A stretch of DNA of 64,000 nucleotides from the NCBI GenBank assembly GCA_002633005.1, contig NMRA01000323.1:62001-126000 (forward strand). The letters run 5' to 3'. Positions 37,127 through 46,800 of the stretch are shown in pieces (within the stretch, counting starts at the first letter, position 1; every line of letters starts with the position of its first letter). The DNA comes from Phoronis australis (taxonomy: Eukaryota > Animalia > Phoronida). The notes below the pieces were generated by a model. That model was not told the origin of the DNA. It saw only the letters and a list, made by a program, of their open reading frames with translations, and searched no databases. Made by a program: the position numbers and the translations under genes.

Positions 37127-40100
37127 CCACTTAAGTCATCTCTGTTGTTACTATCCGAGTCGCTAGATTCCTCTTCTTCAGGAAGACTAAAACGAAATAA
37201 AATTGTCAATTTCTGACGCAACATTGACAAAGTGAAATAACATGTGCCACTCATCCTTGTTTGCCAGACATTTCCTGAAACCAAAGCAAGTTGTCTTTAT
37301 TGATATACTTAAAATACAAAACTTCGCTTTTAATGCGTGGGATTTGACTCAGCTACAAAATGTTTGGGTGTTACTGTGAAGCTACTGGGTTCGATTTCAA
37401 GCTACTACAAAGTTCTCTAAAATTTCTTTTCTTGCAAAGAATGCTCCTTTCAAACATTAAGCCTGTTTATCATATGCTCAACATGTCCATAGTAACGCTG
37501 TTGATATATCTGCAAGAACTATTGCAGCTGTGGACAGAAAATGGTAGTGAGTAACATCCATACAATTCTTAACATTCATCGTCTCAGCTCTGTTGTTGCT
37601 AGTTTCTGACTCCATATCCTAAACACATGCATTTCAGGATGTAAATGTAATTTTCCACTTATTTCGCACAAAACAAATCTAGCGATGGCTGTTTGTGAAT
37701 CCAACGAGGCAACAAATTTCTACCAAGTAGCCTCGTGTGAAATAAGTGATGGACAAAACATTACTTTCCAAACAATTTTGGATGTCCAAATTGAGGTGAG
37801 AGTGCCGAATAAGCTAAGAATTATCGTAGCTATGGTACTGACCGTCAAAACATAAAAACTAGACAAACCTGCCACGAACACTCTTCAGCTCATTGGTAAA
37901 ACGACCCAACTGCAGTTCATCATCTTCATCATCATCATCTTCATCACCATCATCACCCTCTTCACTGGCCTCGGACTCATCAACGCCGCCTTTGTTCAAA
38001 GTGGGTTGGTAGAACATTAAGTATGCCGAGAATTGTTCAAAAGTGAGACTGCCTAATGCTGTCAGCGGTAGAAAATCCCCAACTTCAAATTCTTTCACAT
38101 CAAAACGAAATTGACATGACTTAAGCAGCCACAAACATAATCTGTGTGCTCCATTCGGGGCAGATTATGATAGTGGAGAACTGTAAGAGGTGTTTTATTC
38201 ACCTAATTCAGGAATTTAGATGATTATTTTGTCTGACAAATGCAAAATGGAACGAAGACTCCCTATTGAAATACATGGACTTAATCTACGGTTATGTGCC
38301 TATGACAGGAATGCGAAGCCTCACTTGCCTGACCACGTAAAAATTCCCTTGACTTGGAGGAGGGAAATGGCAATATTAAAATTTGCATTGAATATGCACA
38401 CCAGTTACTCAGTCACTTTTCGATATGTTAAGGAAAAATAATACCGTAGTAACAATGGAGTAAGAAGATCTGCATAAATTGTGTACTTTCATTTTCTACA
38501 GCATTGTATTGCATTTCAGTTTCCATGGATAAGTCGAGTCTTTTCATGCTTTTGACACATGAAAAACATGTAGGTAGTAAAGAACTAACTTAAGACACAA
38601 ATCAAGAGTAGAACAGGAACACACAGGTCATTCACTTACAGCGGTCCCAGATTTTGAGAACCAGTTTGATGCACACTATTCATCAGAGAAACTGGTTCTC
38701 AAAAAGCAAGAACCATGTAAGTGACTATTACCTTTTCCACAAGACATTCATTTGGGTCCAACTTTTCGTAATAGTCAGATATAACGTGCCCGTATTTTGA
38801 GAACGAGTTTAATGCCCGTTATTCAGTGGAGAAAAGCGGTCCTAAAAACTAGGGCACATCATATCCAACCATTACCCATCTTTCTGAAACAAAAGCACAG
38901 GAATTCCCATCCCTACCTGACTCGGCACCATCACTGTCTTGCGCGTTCAGCAGCTGCCTAGACACCCTACGCCCCGCATACTTCACGTCTTCCTCACCCA
39001 GGTCTAATGAAGCTTGTCCTCGTAATCTGCTCGGTCTTCTCACATCATCGTCTTCAAAATCATCGGTTGGCTTATCAGTCAGCTGAGCCCGGGTTTCTGC
39101 AACACAGATACGAGACACATTTACACAACTTATGCCATACAGTTTGCTAGTTTCTAGGACTAATTTACGGGCACGTAATAGTATGCTTGGTTTGTAAATT
39201 GTCCAGCGAGTCATCACTCACCCGATATCAAATTTCGCAAAAAGGACAGTTTGGATGTTTGGTGCCAGTTCATTGTACTGACTCCAACGTTTTAAAAAAT
39301 GATCATCAAAGTGTTAACATGGGTTTCCTCACATACTCACAAATTTAGCAGTGCCCAGTTGAATTCTTTGTTAGGGCTGTTCCAGTAAAGTCCGTGTGGG
39401 AGGGGGGGGACGGCAGTAGAAATAAAAATTCATGGGTGGTTGTCTTCAGAAAAAAACACAAATTATAGGTGGTCGTTCCTGTAAGAAGTGATGCATTAAA
39501 AATGGGTGGTATTTTTTGACCTGTTAATGTTGACAGGTTGGTTACTTCAGCCCTCAAAACTCANACGCCCCGCATACTTCACGTCTTCCTCACCCAGGTC
39601 TAATGAAGCTTGTCCTCGTAATCTGCTCGGTCTTCTCACATCATCGTCTTCAAAATCATCTGTTGGCTTATCAGTCAGCTGAGCCCGGGTTTCTGAAACA
39701 CAGATACGAGACACATTTACACAACTTATGCCATACAGTTTGGCAGTTTCTAGGACTAATTGACGGGCACGTAATAGTATGCTTGGTTTGTAAATTGTCC
39801 AGCGAGTCATCACTCACCCGATATCAAATTTTGCAAAAAAGGACAGTTTGGATGTTTGGTGCCAGTTCATTGTACTGACTCCAAGGTTTTAAAAAATGAT
39901 CATCAAAGTGTAAACATGGGTTTCCTCACATACTCACAAATTTAGCAGTGCCCAGTTGAATTCTTTGTTATAGAGACCACTGGGTTGATGGAATTGTTCT
40001 AGGAAATCAAATCCCTTTTTCGATCATTTGATTAAACCACTAGCAAATGTGTTAACATGCAACAGATCAAAAGAATATGGACTTGAACCATGCTCTGGCC

Positions 40101-41636
40101 GAAACAATTTTCAGACTTGAATAAATAACCTATGGGCACATTTGCTGGGAGAAAAATGTCCTCCCCTTGATTTACATAGACTATTAGTCACCCACAGTGT
40201 TGTAGGACTCATTCAATATGGCTGGAAATCCCAGGAGCCAACAACAAAAAGGCACACAACAAGGTTTTAAATCAACGATGGCAATAGCATCACCCCCAAA
40301 CGCTGTCTATGAGACGACCTCTCCAATGGCTGATACAAGGTGACCTTGCACGTGACACTTGCAAAATGTAGCATGGGAAGATATACGGTGGAATTTTGAA
40401 AGTTTGTGTCCATTGGCAGCACTCGACGCTTAGCTAAACACCAAGTCGCATTTGGCGGCCTGGTCGCCGAAACTGGAAATCTGTGGTGCTAAAAAATTCT
40501 GGGGTCTTATTCAGCCACAAACTTTCATCGACAAGACTTCTGTCTGATTACTTCATGTTGTGATTTGAATGTGGTGGCAAATGCACTGAATTTGCAAAAT
40601 AAACGGGACAATTGCAAATTGAAGGTAGTAAACCTAGGAAAACTGTTAGTAATTTAATATTTGGCAGTTAACACAAACCTTGAAATGAATTTAGAGGGAA
40701 TTATTGTCTGACTTTGATACCCGCAGTGGTGACCTCGTGGCGACTTGCAATTTTTCCCAATCTGAGGTTGCTTGGTATTTTTGTTCGTCTACAAGCATGA
40801 TTTCGTGTAACTTCCTCAAAATGGCACCCAGTAAGTGAAGCACAAGCAAATCGAGACAGATTTTCACAGATATGTTGAAACTGAGTTGACTAAATTGTCT
40901 TCAGAGTCATGGTATGTGTTAATCATCACTTGATATTTTTTATGCACATTTCATTCGATCTTATCCGCTGTATTTTGAGATGAATAACATTTCATGAGGA
41001 TGTACTGTACTGAATCGACCCTGCATGTATGCGTCAAATACAGCCTGTATTACAGGGAGATCGATGTAACTGTATACCCTCTAATAAAGCCTCTCAAAAT
41101 TGCTTGCCAACAGGCAACAGCCTATTGGCTGATCAGTTTGGAGGCTTGGTTTAAACGTTGGAAATATTGGGTTCAAATCTTGGTACCAGGCCGGGGGTGA
41201 ACTTTCTAAAAAAGTTTTGTGGAGAGAAAGAAGAAACATCTAAGTTACTACTAAGGCTTATTTTTCCTGTTTTTAAATACAGCAATTCCAAATGGTACTT
41301 TAACATTTCAATTCAGATGAAAGTTTCCAGTGCAGTATGCAGTGTTAACAGCCTGATAGATGAAGCCCACACAGCTATACTAGCCTACAACCTACACGCA
41401 CGTGTCACCCATGACACCATGTGTAGGATTGGGGTCAGTCTCTGAGCATTTTGAAGTTCAACTTCGACGAGTAAGAACCAACAAAATAGATTAAAACTTG
41501 GTAAGAAGATGAAACCAAAAAAAAACCACTGATATCGTGTAAGACGAATTATTTTACCATCGCCCTCATCATCCTCTGGATCCTGAAAATTTGGTGCTGG
41601 ATTTACCAACAACGATAGCTCGTCACGCAGTGACAT
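10509..41636 (-). CDS. AATF: AATF / Che-1 / Bfr2 (TRAUB family; nucleolar SSU-processome factor), 12 coding exons, 526 aa
   Basis: Exons 41558-41636, 38917-39096, 37869-37989, 36993-37186, 35433-35510, 34087-34224, 33271-33490, 32339-32447, 30024-30146, 27060-27277, 12851-12922, 10509-10557. All junctions are GT-AG with compatible phases, 1581 nt including TGA. Family motifs: DPEDD and KYAGRRVSR at the N-terminus, acidic tract, [92 protein letters not shown]. Confidence 0.96.
11513..11664. mobile_element. Degenerate hAT-like MITE
   Basis: CAGGGGAGGA...GGATCCGCCAATG termini with G/C runs; no clear TSD. Confidence 0.45.
11732..12314. repeat. Minisatellite, 20-bp unit GAAATGGTTCACACGTTACT, ~29 copies
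   Basis: Directly visible tandem array in AATF intron 11; degenerates toward the right end. Confidence 0.98.
12851..12922 (-). CDS. AATF: AATF exon 11 ([13 protein letters not shown]...)
   Basis: Continues the GRKIR-Y motif in frame across a 14.1-kb intron. Confidence 0.95.
13480..13850 (+). mobile_element. Decayed 3' end of a non-LTR retrotransposon (LOA/R1/I-group-like ORF2 zinc knuckle)
   Basis: Plus frame reads [17 protein letters not shown]/(frameshift)[16 protein letters not shown]...VKETGRL, a CCHC knuckle with stop/frameshift damage. Confidence 0.6.
15467..18760. mobile_element. 3.3-kb non-autonomous Tc1/mariner-superfamily (Tc2/pogo-like) element with nested repeats
   Basis: 25-bp TIR CC(C/G)TATTC(A/G)CCCTAATAAGTGCCCA at both ends, TA on both flanks, subterminal TAAGYRCCC repeats; no transposase ORF seen. 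Confidence 0.8.
16293..16430. mobile_element. Small palindromic MITE-like insert nested in the 3.3-kb element
   Basis: CGTTCAGTAGCGCTAGGACCT ... AGGTCCTAGCGTCTAGTGAACG inverted repeat. Confidence 0.5.
19703..21401. repeat. A-B-A' block: ~235-bp direct repeats (19703-19936, 21164-21401) flanking a 1.2-kb unit
   Basis: Both A copies align visibly; B (19943-21142) recurs at 25172-26415. Confidence 0.9.
21680..23200 (+). repeat. Modular interspersed repeat with ~400-470-bp higher-order units and CCACTAGGGGGCRC-type motifs
   Basis: Recurrent AAATTTCAT...GAAGATACAGA...GCCACTAGGG blocks at ~22141, 22530 and 22995; ends with GGAC/GGAT-type short repeats at ~23150-23195. Confidence 0.75.
24147..24219 (-). 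mobile_element. tRNA-derived SINE-like head (pseudo-tRNA)
   Basis: Minus strand GATAGCTCAGCAGACCAGAGCG-TCTGCA-TCAAT-TGCAGA-AAGTCCCAGGTTTGAGCC: A box, anticodon-like stem, B box; the acceptor stem does not pair. Confidence 0.55.
24247..24745. mobile_element. hAT MITE, 499 bp, perfect 8-bp TSD
   Basis: TIR CAGGCCTTCAT(C/G)CAG; TSD GCTCCCGC at 24239-24246 and 24746-24753; subterminal GGGCGTCC repeats. Confidence 0.92.
25172..26415. repeat. Second direct copy of the 1.2-kb B unit
   Basis: High similarity to 19943-21142, with a ~70-bp insertion near 26165-26238 and a ~20-bp deletion. Confidence 0.92.
27060..27277 (-). CDS. AATF: AATF exon 10 ([16 protein letters not shown]...ASKGRKIR)
   Basis: TRAUB C-terminal domain motifs; donor GTGAGA. 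Confidence 0.96.
28783..29603. mobile_element. MITE with GGGCTGTTCCAG termini (PIF/Harbinger-like), 821 bp
   Basis: TIR GGGCTGTTCCAGYAAAATCYGT; TTA on both flanks; other copies at 39374, 51819 and 55398. Confidence 0.88.
30024..30146 (-). CDS. AATF: AATF exon 9 ([17 protein letters not shown]...)
   Basis: DKxRLxKRTQ motif; phase 0/0. Confidence 0.94.
30570..31085 (+). repeat. One further unit of the same modular repeat, in AATF intron 8
   Basis: Same three-motif order as 22530-23040 (motifs at 30657, 30799, 30954). Confidence 0.7.
32339..32447 (-). CDS. AATF: AATF exon 8 ([13 protein letters not shown]...SALKQIEQ)
   Basis: Conserved KW motif; acceptor TTTCAG, donor GTGAGA. Confidence 0.95.
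33271..33490 (-). CDS. AATF: AATF exon 7
   Basis: LLELQNKLL...HKAFQQYR; acceptor CCTCAG, donor GTACGG. Confidence 0.92.
33627..33866. repeat. Minisatellite, 60-bp unit x4
   Basis: GTGGGTAACATTTTTGGCCTACCCATTATAAAACACTGACTTTGTGCCTAAGAAACAC repeated with period 60; the last copy has diverged. Confidence 0.96.
34087..34224 (-). CDS. AATF: AATF exon 6 ([16 protein letters not shown]...)
   Basis: Start of the AATF-Che1 domain; GT-AG; 138 nt. Confidence 0.95.
35433..35510 (-). CDS. AATF: AATF exon 5 ([25 protein letters not shown])
   Basis: Acceptor TTTCAG, donor GTAAGG; EEIEKG motif; absent from the ORF track. Confidence 0.92.
   Translation of the reverse strand, partial: TQTFRTFHVVHLKKKLRKAVLPKRS
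36993..37186 (-). CDS. AATF: AATF exon 4 (poly-Asp tract)
   Basis: Acceptor TTTTAG, donor GTAACG; (GAT)n encodes poly-D; phases 2/1 fit the neighbours. Confidence 0.88.
37869..37989 (-). CDS. AATF: AATF exon 3 (acidic)
   Basis: Asp/Glu-rich open frame; donor AG|GTTTGT. The acceptor (AAAG) is weak, so the start could shift. Confidence 0.75.
38632..38724. repeat. ~93-bp hairpin (perfect 16-bp inner stem) with a degenerate second copy at ~38775-38848
   Basis: TTTTGAGAACCAGTTT (38652-38667) / AAACTGGTTCTCAAAA (38689-38704); outer TCACTTACA / TGTAAGTGA. Confidence 0.8.
38917..39096 (-). CDS. AATF: AATF exon 2 (ETRAQLTDK...[22 protein letters not shown])
   Basis: Acceptor TTGCAG, donor GTAGGG, 180 nt; KYxGxxVSR motif. 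Confidence 0.92.
39374..39563. mobile_element. Left 190 bp of the same MITE family, cut by the assembly N
   Basis: Close match to 28783-28970; preceded by TTA. Confidence 0.88.
39565..39970 (-). repeat. Second, probably allelic, copy of 38969-39373, including a truncated AATF exon 2 (39565-39692)
   Basis: About 9 differences in ~405 bp; begins exactly after the N at 39564. Confidence 0.85.
41558..41636 (-). CDS. AATF: AATF coding exon 1 ([26 protein letters not shown])
   Basis: ATG at 41636; donor G|GTAAAA; phase 1. Confidence 0.9.
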
Positions 41637-42010
41637 CTTTTGAGGAACCACCACAATTTGATCTCTTTGAGCGGAGAGCAAGTATATTGTGGAACATTCC
41701 GCATTCAGAGGAAGCAAAGAACTCAAATAAAGTAACCTGTGTCTAGTATAGTATGTATTACAGATAAATATTTCTAACTAATTTTGTATTCGTAGTTAAA
41801 GCACGAAGTATTGTATAAATAATTTGCTTCAAAAGCTGAAAACACAATCAACTCAACTTATATTTTAATTTTATGACCCCTTTTTGAGCGAGTCCAAGTG
41901 GATCATGTGATACGGTCGAAAACCGTGTTGGATTTTTGTTTTTCTCAGTCTCTGTTAGTGTTATGCCCATAAATTTGTAATCCGATAAACATTCCAGTCC
42001 TAATTCCAAG
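41637..42010. promoter_or_regulatory. Probable bidirectional promoter and non-coding first exon of the syntaxin
   Basis: AATF ATG at 41636 (minus). Plus-strand donor AAG|GTACGT at 42010/42011. The syntaxin ATG exon starts with an acceptor, so it needs an upstream exon. Confidence 0.55.
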
Positions 42011-43683
42011 GTACGTGTTTTAGGTATGGTCTTCGTAACATTTGAAAAGTTACATTCATCTATCTTACTCGTACTGAGCGGCAGTCCGACAAAAAGCGCA
42101 GCGACAACTAGTACTTGAGTTGGAAGCAGGAAGTGGCCTAGCCTACATTGATATTGGTAAACATGCAGTATAAAACAGTATTAAAATGGTTCCAAGCTGT
42201 GTAAATAAATAGCTTTAGATTGACCTAGGTAAAACGTGAGCATAATAAAATAAGAAAAGGGTAATGACACTGAAAATTGCATTCTACTTTTAGCTGTTTA
42301 TTGGCTTTAGTTGGGGTTGGTTATGACTTGAACAACTCGATCCTCCAGCTCTGCTAGTGCTAACTTTTGGGATTTGTTACCCAAACACCTAACCGAGCCT
42401 AAGTCAGACTGTGACTGACCCATCCCAATCAATTCATAAGTTGATGCGTGGGGTAGCAGTGATGCTGAAGAAAACCTATTCGCTATTAATGTATGGACTT
42501 AAAAAATTCAAATACGGCAGTACTATTTATACTTTTAGATTTTAAGAACAGCCATGTTGGTCGTTTCCCTTAATATTTTTCATTTTTTGGCTTTGAAACT
42601 CGTAAGCTGAACAGGCGTGTTGGTTTACGACTGCAATTATCTCAACACGTTCAGCCAAGTCCATGAATAGCGATTAGTCCTCTTCAACTTCAATCCGTGA
42701 CGTTGCCATTGCAAGCCTTTGATGTGCCGAGGAATTCCCTGGACACTTTGGGGGTAAACAATGCATGCTTTCTCGCCCACTTGCGTGCAAATCTTGTTGG
42801 CTTGTGATTTCACGCGCTGCTAAAATTGCACTCATTCTCTTGTTCTGTTTCCAAATTTGTGGAGCGACCGCAAATTGACCTCAAGGACCTTAGCAATACA
42901 GTCGCCTCCTGCGCACAGTATAATCTGGAAATAGATTTGTTTGATTGTAATGATTGTGTCATGGACAATTTTGCCAGTTCATCAAATTTTTCAATTGTTG
43001 GACATTACGTTTTGCCTTGAGCAGCAGTCTGAAAGTAGACTGCAGTTCATAAAATTGACGAAAAAAAGCCACTGACCCAACATTTAGCATTGAGATGAAT
43101 GATAATTTATCATTGTTCATAATTCTTTAATTCGTGATGTCTGATATTACCCATTTCCAAAATTTGATGAAATATATATCGTTGAGGAAAATTATTAATT
43201 TTCTTTGTTCCAAACAAGAATTTTTGTAGTAATCGCTTGAGACCATGGGTCATGGATAAAGTCAGTGACCATTTATGGTAAGCCTTCTTGTAGAACGAGG
43301 TAATTTGCAAACCCATAAGTCACATCAGAACAATTTCTTACTAGTTTTATGTCGGTAAGTGGTTTATAGCCTTCATTTTGTAATTGATTTAATTTAATTC
43401 ATTGTATGTCAAGGTGTTAAAATCTTGCCAATTAAGGACGCCATATGACAGTTTAATGAACTTTTATTTTCTCTTTTTCCGTAAAAGGTACGTATTCCTT
43501 AATTAATTCTTTTTCATCTGCATATTCTGTACCATAGCTACCATTAAATAATATTTTGAAAATAAGTGGACATTCATAACAACGTTGAAATCCACAGAAA
43601 AATGAAAACTGGTGACAATTTTAGAGTAGTACACTTACTGATCGTAAATGATGCTTGTAGGAAGCTGGGCTCAAAACTACGCA

Positions 43684-43873
43684 ATGTCTCACCGAGGTGA
43701 ATTTGGAGGAAGTAGCGAGAGTTATGGTTCAAATGATCGGACAAGTCGATTACCCGTTCGGCCGTACTATGACGACCCATCCAGAGGGTACCAGACATCA
43801 GGATATGGTAGCAGTGGTTTTCAACAGCTTGTTGAGAAAGTCAGCGGGGATATTTTCACAGTCACTAATAATG
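43684..43873 (+). CDS. Syntaxin first coding exon (MSHRGEFGG...DIFTVTNN)
   Basis: Acceptor TTGTAG ending 43660, ATG at 43684, donor G|GTAAGT. Confidence 0.88.
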
Positions 43874-46800
43874 GTAAGTTTAATGATTTTGAAAGGTTGT
43901 CTGAAATATGATTGCGACTATTCACAAAATATGTTATCACCTAAACTTAAATCATATGTCTAATTTGTTTTCCTCTTGTTGATTTGATTAGATCTACTTT
44001 ATGTGTATCCAATCTTGAGCTGTTAATATTTGAGTTAGAGCACGACCATTTAATGATGAGCTACACTCAATAATTTCAGATTTACGAAGCAAAACTATTC
44101 TGCACCAAACTGCAGCATTTGTATTCTGGATGAATCCCTTATTGTTGCATGATGTGAACACTCCGCTTGTAAAGTTTTGTATGCACTTGCGGACATTGTT
44201 TCTCAGACAATAGTTCTTCGTATTGACCATTGCTATGGTGACGACTTTTAATTTTTTTCTGAAATACTGGTCCGGAAGATCGCAACTAGATTCATTGCCG
44301 GGATCTTCCTGTTCCCAAGCCATGGCTTCATCAGTGCATCGCAAACACAGCATCATACTCTTTTTAAAAGACTTTGAAGCCAAAAAGACTTTATTTTCTT
44401 ATTATTTCATCCATTTCCAGTTGTCACATTTAAAATGTTCGGTGAGTGCAAACCTCCATCAAGGTATTGGAGTTCTCTCCTTCATGCTAAATTGCACAGA
44501 AAGGTGTTTTTCAAGGACTAAAATGTGTGCTTTTACTCATCAAGTCCACAAAAAAGCTTCTGTAATGTTAGTCAAAGGGGAACACATTTCACATTTGACA
44601 TGACTTCGATGCAAACTTATGACATTCTCTTGTTTTGTATCAGTCCACCTTCTACACTATGTGTGAAATGGTTGATGTTTTTTGCAGCTAGTGCTCTCGA
44701 AAGAGCTTCAAAACAGATCGGCACAAGTAGAGACAGTCACAGTCTTCGAGACAAAATGTAAGTGAATAAAATGATGTTTTCTGTTCGATGAGTTCAATGC
44801 ATTCCGTGCCATCTAATTTCCATTTTAATGCTAGAAATGACCACCCCTAGAAGCACACCATTTCCGGTGCAGTTGTGGACGCATTTTAATGCTCCGCGTT
44901 GCTCTTGTTGTTCAAGCAGTAACAGACGAGCATCAGCCAGAATTAAACATGCTAGTTTGCGTTAACTATTATTGTATTCTGAAGATGACAAAACTGATGG
45001 CAGTAAGGTGGGAACTATTGTGAAATGTACTGTACAAAACAAAAATTATCGCAGACAATATGTTGTTTTCTTGTCATGATGGTGGTTGATTATGTTAACA
45101 GCAGAAACGTCTGGTTATTACTGAACTATTAGAAGGGCAAAATTTTAGTTGCAGAATTGCAAAGCCACTTTAACTTTCCTGTTAATCATGAGGAACCCTG
45201 TCCAGGTAAAACTTGACCATAGGATGATCATCATGAGATGGTTGGAGTTTGATAATGCAACCACAATAGTCCTTTGAATTCACTCCTCCACCAGTTGCTT
45301 GGGCTGCTTGGTCACTTGTGTAATCCGGTATGACACCTCATTATGTCATAAAACTATGTGTGGCTGTTCACTGTTGAGACTGCCCAGCCAGATGGCTCTC
45401 TGTTTTGTTGGCACGGAATGGGGTAATTGAAACTTGCTCTTCAGTTCTCACATTTTAATTTCATTGGGTTTTGGCTTTGAATTTTCACTTGTACTAAGTC
45501 TGTCATGAATGTAGATTATTGTGACCATTTCACCCAGCTGTCATGACTGGGAATTTTGGCTCATTTGTCTGAATAGTTTTGTGTTGCACTGCATTTGAAG
45601 TTAGTTATTGAACTGAGCTCTAAAAATGATGGCTCATGAGATTGGGCTTTTTCTTTGTTGCAGACACACCATCCAACAGAAGACCAACAGCATAATCGCA
45701 GAGACTGCCAACAATTTCCACAGATTAACACAGTTAGCAGCGTCAGAGAAGGTTAGGTCTTGCTTTTCTTTTCATCAACAGAAACTTTAAGCATACCTTG
45801 AGCAGTAGTACAGTATCAATTTGGTTGCCACAACTTAAAAGGCATCACAGAAGTGTCGAAAATTGCTAGGTGTAAAGGTTTTATTAGGGTGCGGGACTGG
45901 ACATTTTGCCTGTTACTCAGTCTTAGCTATTGAAACTGGTGGCTTAATTGTATCTAAGACATCTAGGACATCCTCAAGATAACTGTTCTTACATCTTACT
46001 CTAGTTTTCTAGGTCACTTTGAAAATCCTCAGAAAATTCGAATAGCTTTTGGCAACACGAACTCACACGTTACTGGCAGTTCCTGCTTCGTTTAACGTGC
46101 CCGAATTGGAGTGTTTAAATGATGTTTTCATGTGTTACTGAAACACTCCAAGGACAAAACGAGTCTGTTTAAGGAAGGATTTAAAAATATGTACTTATGC
46201 TCAAAACCAATTTCTGGTCTCAAAACTCCATCTCGTTTAGATACTTTCTGCTCTGCTTGTGTACATTCTGGTGTAAGTGACTACGTAGTCAAGTTCAAGT
46301 CTGATTACAACAGAGTTAAATCTACACTTTATGAATGTTATGAATTTGTAGTTAGAATGTAGTTGTCAAGTGTGAACTTTCCATATTCTGTTATTGCAGT
46401 TATCTCCCTATGTCATGATTGTAGTCTCTTACCAGATGAGAGACAAAGTATCATAATAATTTTAGTTGCAAAAAAGTTGAACAGAGAAATATCAACACTG
46501 AGTTTAGAGGTTGGATTTCCAGCCCAAGTGTTGGTTTTTGACAACCTTACTATTGCTTGAGTGCTGAATGGAGGTGTTAGGGTCGTAGCTGAGTAAGATC
46601 ACCTTCACACTGGCACTTACAGTTGAAGATCTAAAGTAAAATTCTGCTTAATACAAAGCATGGACGCTGTACTACCTACTACATCAAATTTTACTGAGAG
46701 CCGTCATACAAAAAATTTGTCCGTCATATTGCAAAATTCTTGTTACCAACTGAGTCTACTGGTACTTACAGACCAGGTCAATGTGTGGAATTCATCACGA

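Noticed and set aside
39565-39692. Real duplicated or mutually exclusive AATF exon 2
   Set aside because: Ends exactly at the N, has no donor, and differs from the other copy at an allelic level.
43994-44603. Overlapping 129-aa and 126-aa ORFs as nested genes
   Set aside because: Intronic, non-ATG starts, no recognisable motifs.
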